Assembly (NCBI RefSeq): GCF_035084215.1
Contig: NC_090362.1
Coordinates: 19,654,001 to 19,718,000 of the forward strand
Direction: 5' to 3'
Length of the DNA: 64,000 nt
From: Heptranchias perlo
Lineage: Eukaryota
Part shown: positions 62,812 to 64,000 of the stretch, in pieces
Layout of the letters: every line of letters starts with the position of its first letter
Position numbering within the stretch: position 1 is the stretch's first letter
Made by a program: the position numbers and the translations under genes
Notes under the pieces: generated by a model
Told to the model about the DNA's origin: nothing
The model's database searches: none
Seen by the model: the letters and a program-made list of their open reading frames with translations, nothing else

Positions 62812-63433
62812 TAAACCCTTTCATAATTTTTAAAGACCTCTATCAGGTCACATCTCAGCCTTTCCTTTTCTAGAAAAAAGAGCCCCAGCCTGCCCAGTCT
62901 TTCCTGATAGTTCTAACCTTTCAGATCTGGTATCATCCTTGTAAATCTTTTTTGCACCTTCCCCAGTGCCTCGATATTGTTTTTATAATATGGAGACCAA
63001 AACTGTGCACAGAGGTGCTACTTGTATTGCACAAATTGAATTGCACTGGTGTCAGGCTTTATTTTATTGCATTTAAAAGAGCACTAGCAAATTCTACATG
63101 TAATACACATTAATACATTCTGTTCCATGTATATTTCTTTACTATAGTTGACAAATTAATGAGGAGACTCCAAATTCCATAACTTTAAAAGTTTGAAGTT
63201 GGAAGAGAATGACAGCGAGGAATAACATGACGCCACTCGTCATCTCCTGGACCCTGTTACTTTGTCGCCCTTCATTTACCAGTAAGTAATTCTGCAAATG
63301 TAATTCAGAAATTGAATTTGTTGCAAAAGAAATGGAACATTTATTGCTGACTTACTTTTAAATAAGGGAGTCCCAAAGGACACGATATTTGTACCATGGA
63401 CCTGACTGAATAGTGCCTGAACAATTAAGTCTT

Positions 63434-64000
63434 TGGGGCTGATTTTCGATTACTGGCATAATTCTGTCCTGAATGGTTAGGAACAAATGCAAACCTAGCC
63501 AGAGTAGCAATGTGCTAGTAACGCACAATTTTCCAGGGTCAGCTTATTTGCATAACTATTCACTGTTCCAGCTGCAGATTTGGACATCTGCGGGGAGGTA
63601 GCCGAGTGATGGGACCAGAAAGTTGCATGCGGATGAAATTTAAAGCGAAGTGGCAGAATAGTGGTAAAAAAATGCTTTCAGGCTTTGGAAAGGCTGAAAA
63701 GGCATTTCGACCCATTGGCAGTCTCTGTCAAGGCTAAAGGGTTGGAGTATGAATAAATGGCAGGCAAAAATAAAAGGAGATCAAACCCAGGGTGCAGTCA
63801 TGAATGCGCAGGTAAGTGGTGGAGCAGCTCAGCGTCTGACCTCTTGTCTGATGGCTGCTGAAGTGGAGATGGTGCTACATGGGGTGTTTGTGAGGACAAT
63901 AGCCCTGTTTGCCACCCCCATTGGTCAGCACGCCTAAAAGGAGCCAGGGACAAGTTTGAGGCCGTGGCTGACTGTTATTGTCATTGGCTATGCCAGCTGT
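63434..64000 (+). mobile_element. Possible Harbinger remnant running off the window
   Basis: GGGGCTGATTTT terminus-like motif and AAEVEMVLHGVFVRTIALF peptide, weakly like the Myb/SANT remnant at 344-529. Confidence 0.35.

Noticed and set aside
53400-64000. NPTN 3' end expected from human synteny
   Set aside because: No neuroplastin C-terminal coding exon or recognisable UTR could be identified.

Overview
Vertebrate genomic DNA, most likely from a cartilaginous fish (inferred from the CR1, DeuSINE and Penelope repeat content). Two genes lie head to head. On the minus strand is coding exon 1 of the pacemaker channel HCN4 (16980-16286), whose intron 1 runs off the left edge and contains a REST/NRSF (RE1) site. 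On the plus strand is a complete six-exon REC114 gene (meiotic double-strand-break factor, 270 aa, 25230-53397), with a promoter rich in CCAAT, E2F and MYB motifs. The rest is mostly mobile DNA: many CR1 and L2 fragments (some nested), SINEs, a Tx1/L1 3' end, Harbinger remnants and MITEs, and minisatellites. Three things stand out. (1) A 3.3-kb single-ORF LINE (48543-51842, minus) has a tRNA-derived SINE head, no ORF1, no in-frame AUG ahead of its endonuclease and no TTTT run on its sense strand, making it a candidate Pol III-transcribed retrotransposon family. (2) A TSD-flanked Penelope fragment carries an intact minimal hammerhead ribozyme (57093-57131). (3) A ~226-bp-arm palindrome fused to a 32-bp tandem array lies just upstream of the last REC114 exon. 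Gene and family names come from recalled sequence similarity, not database searches, and repeat boundaries are approximate.
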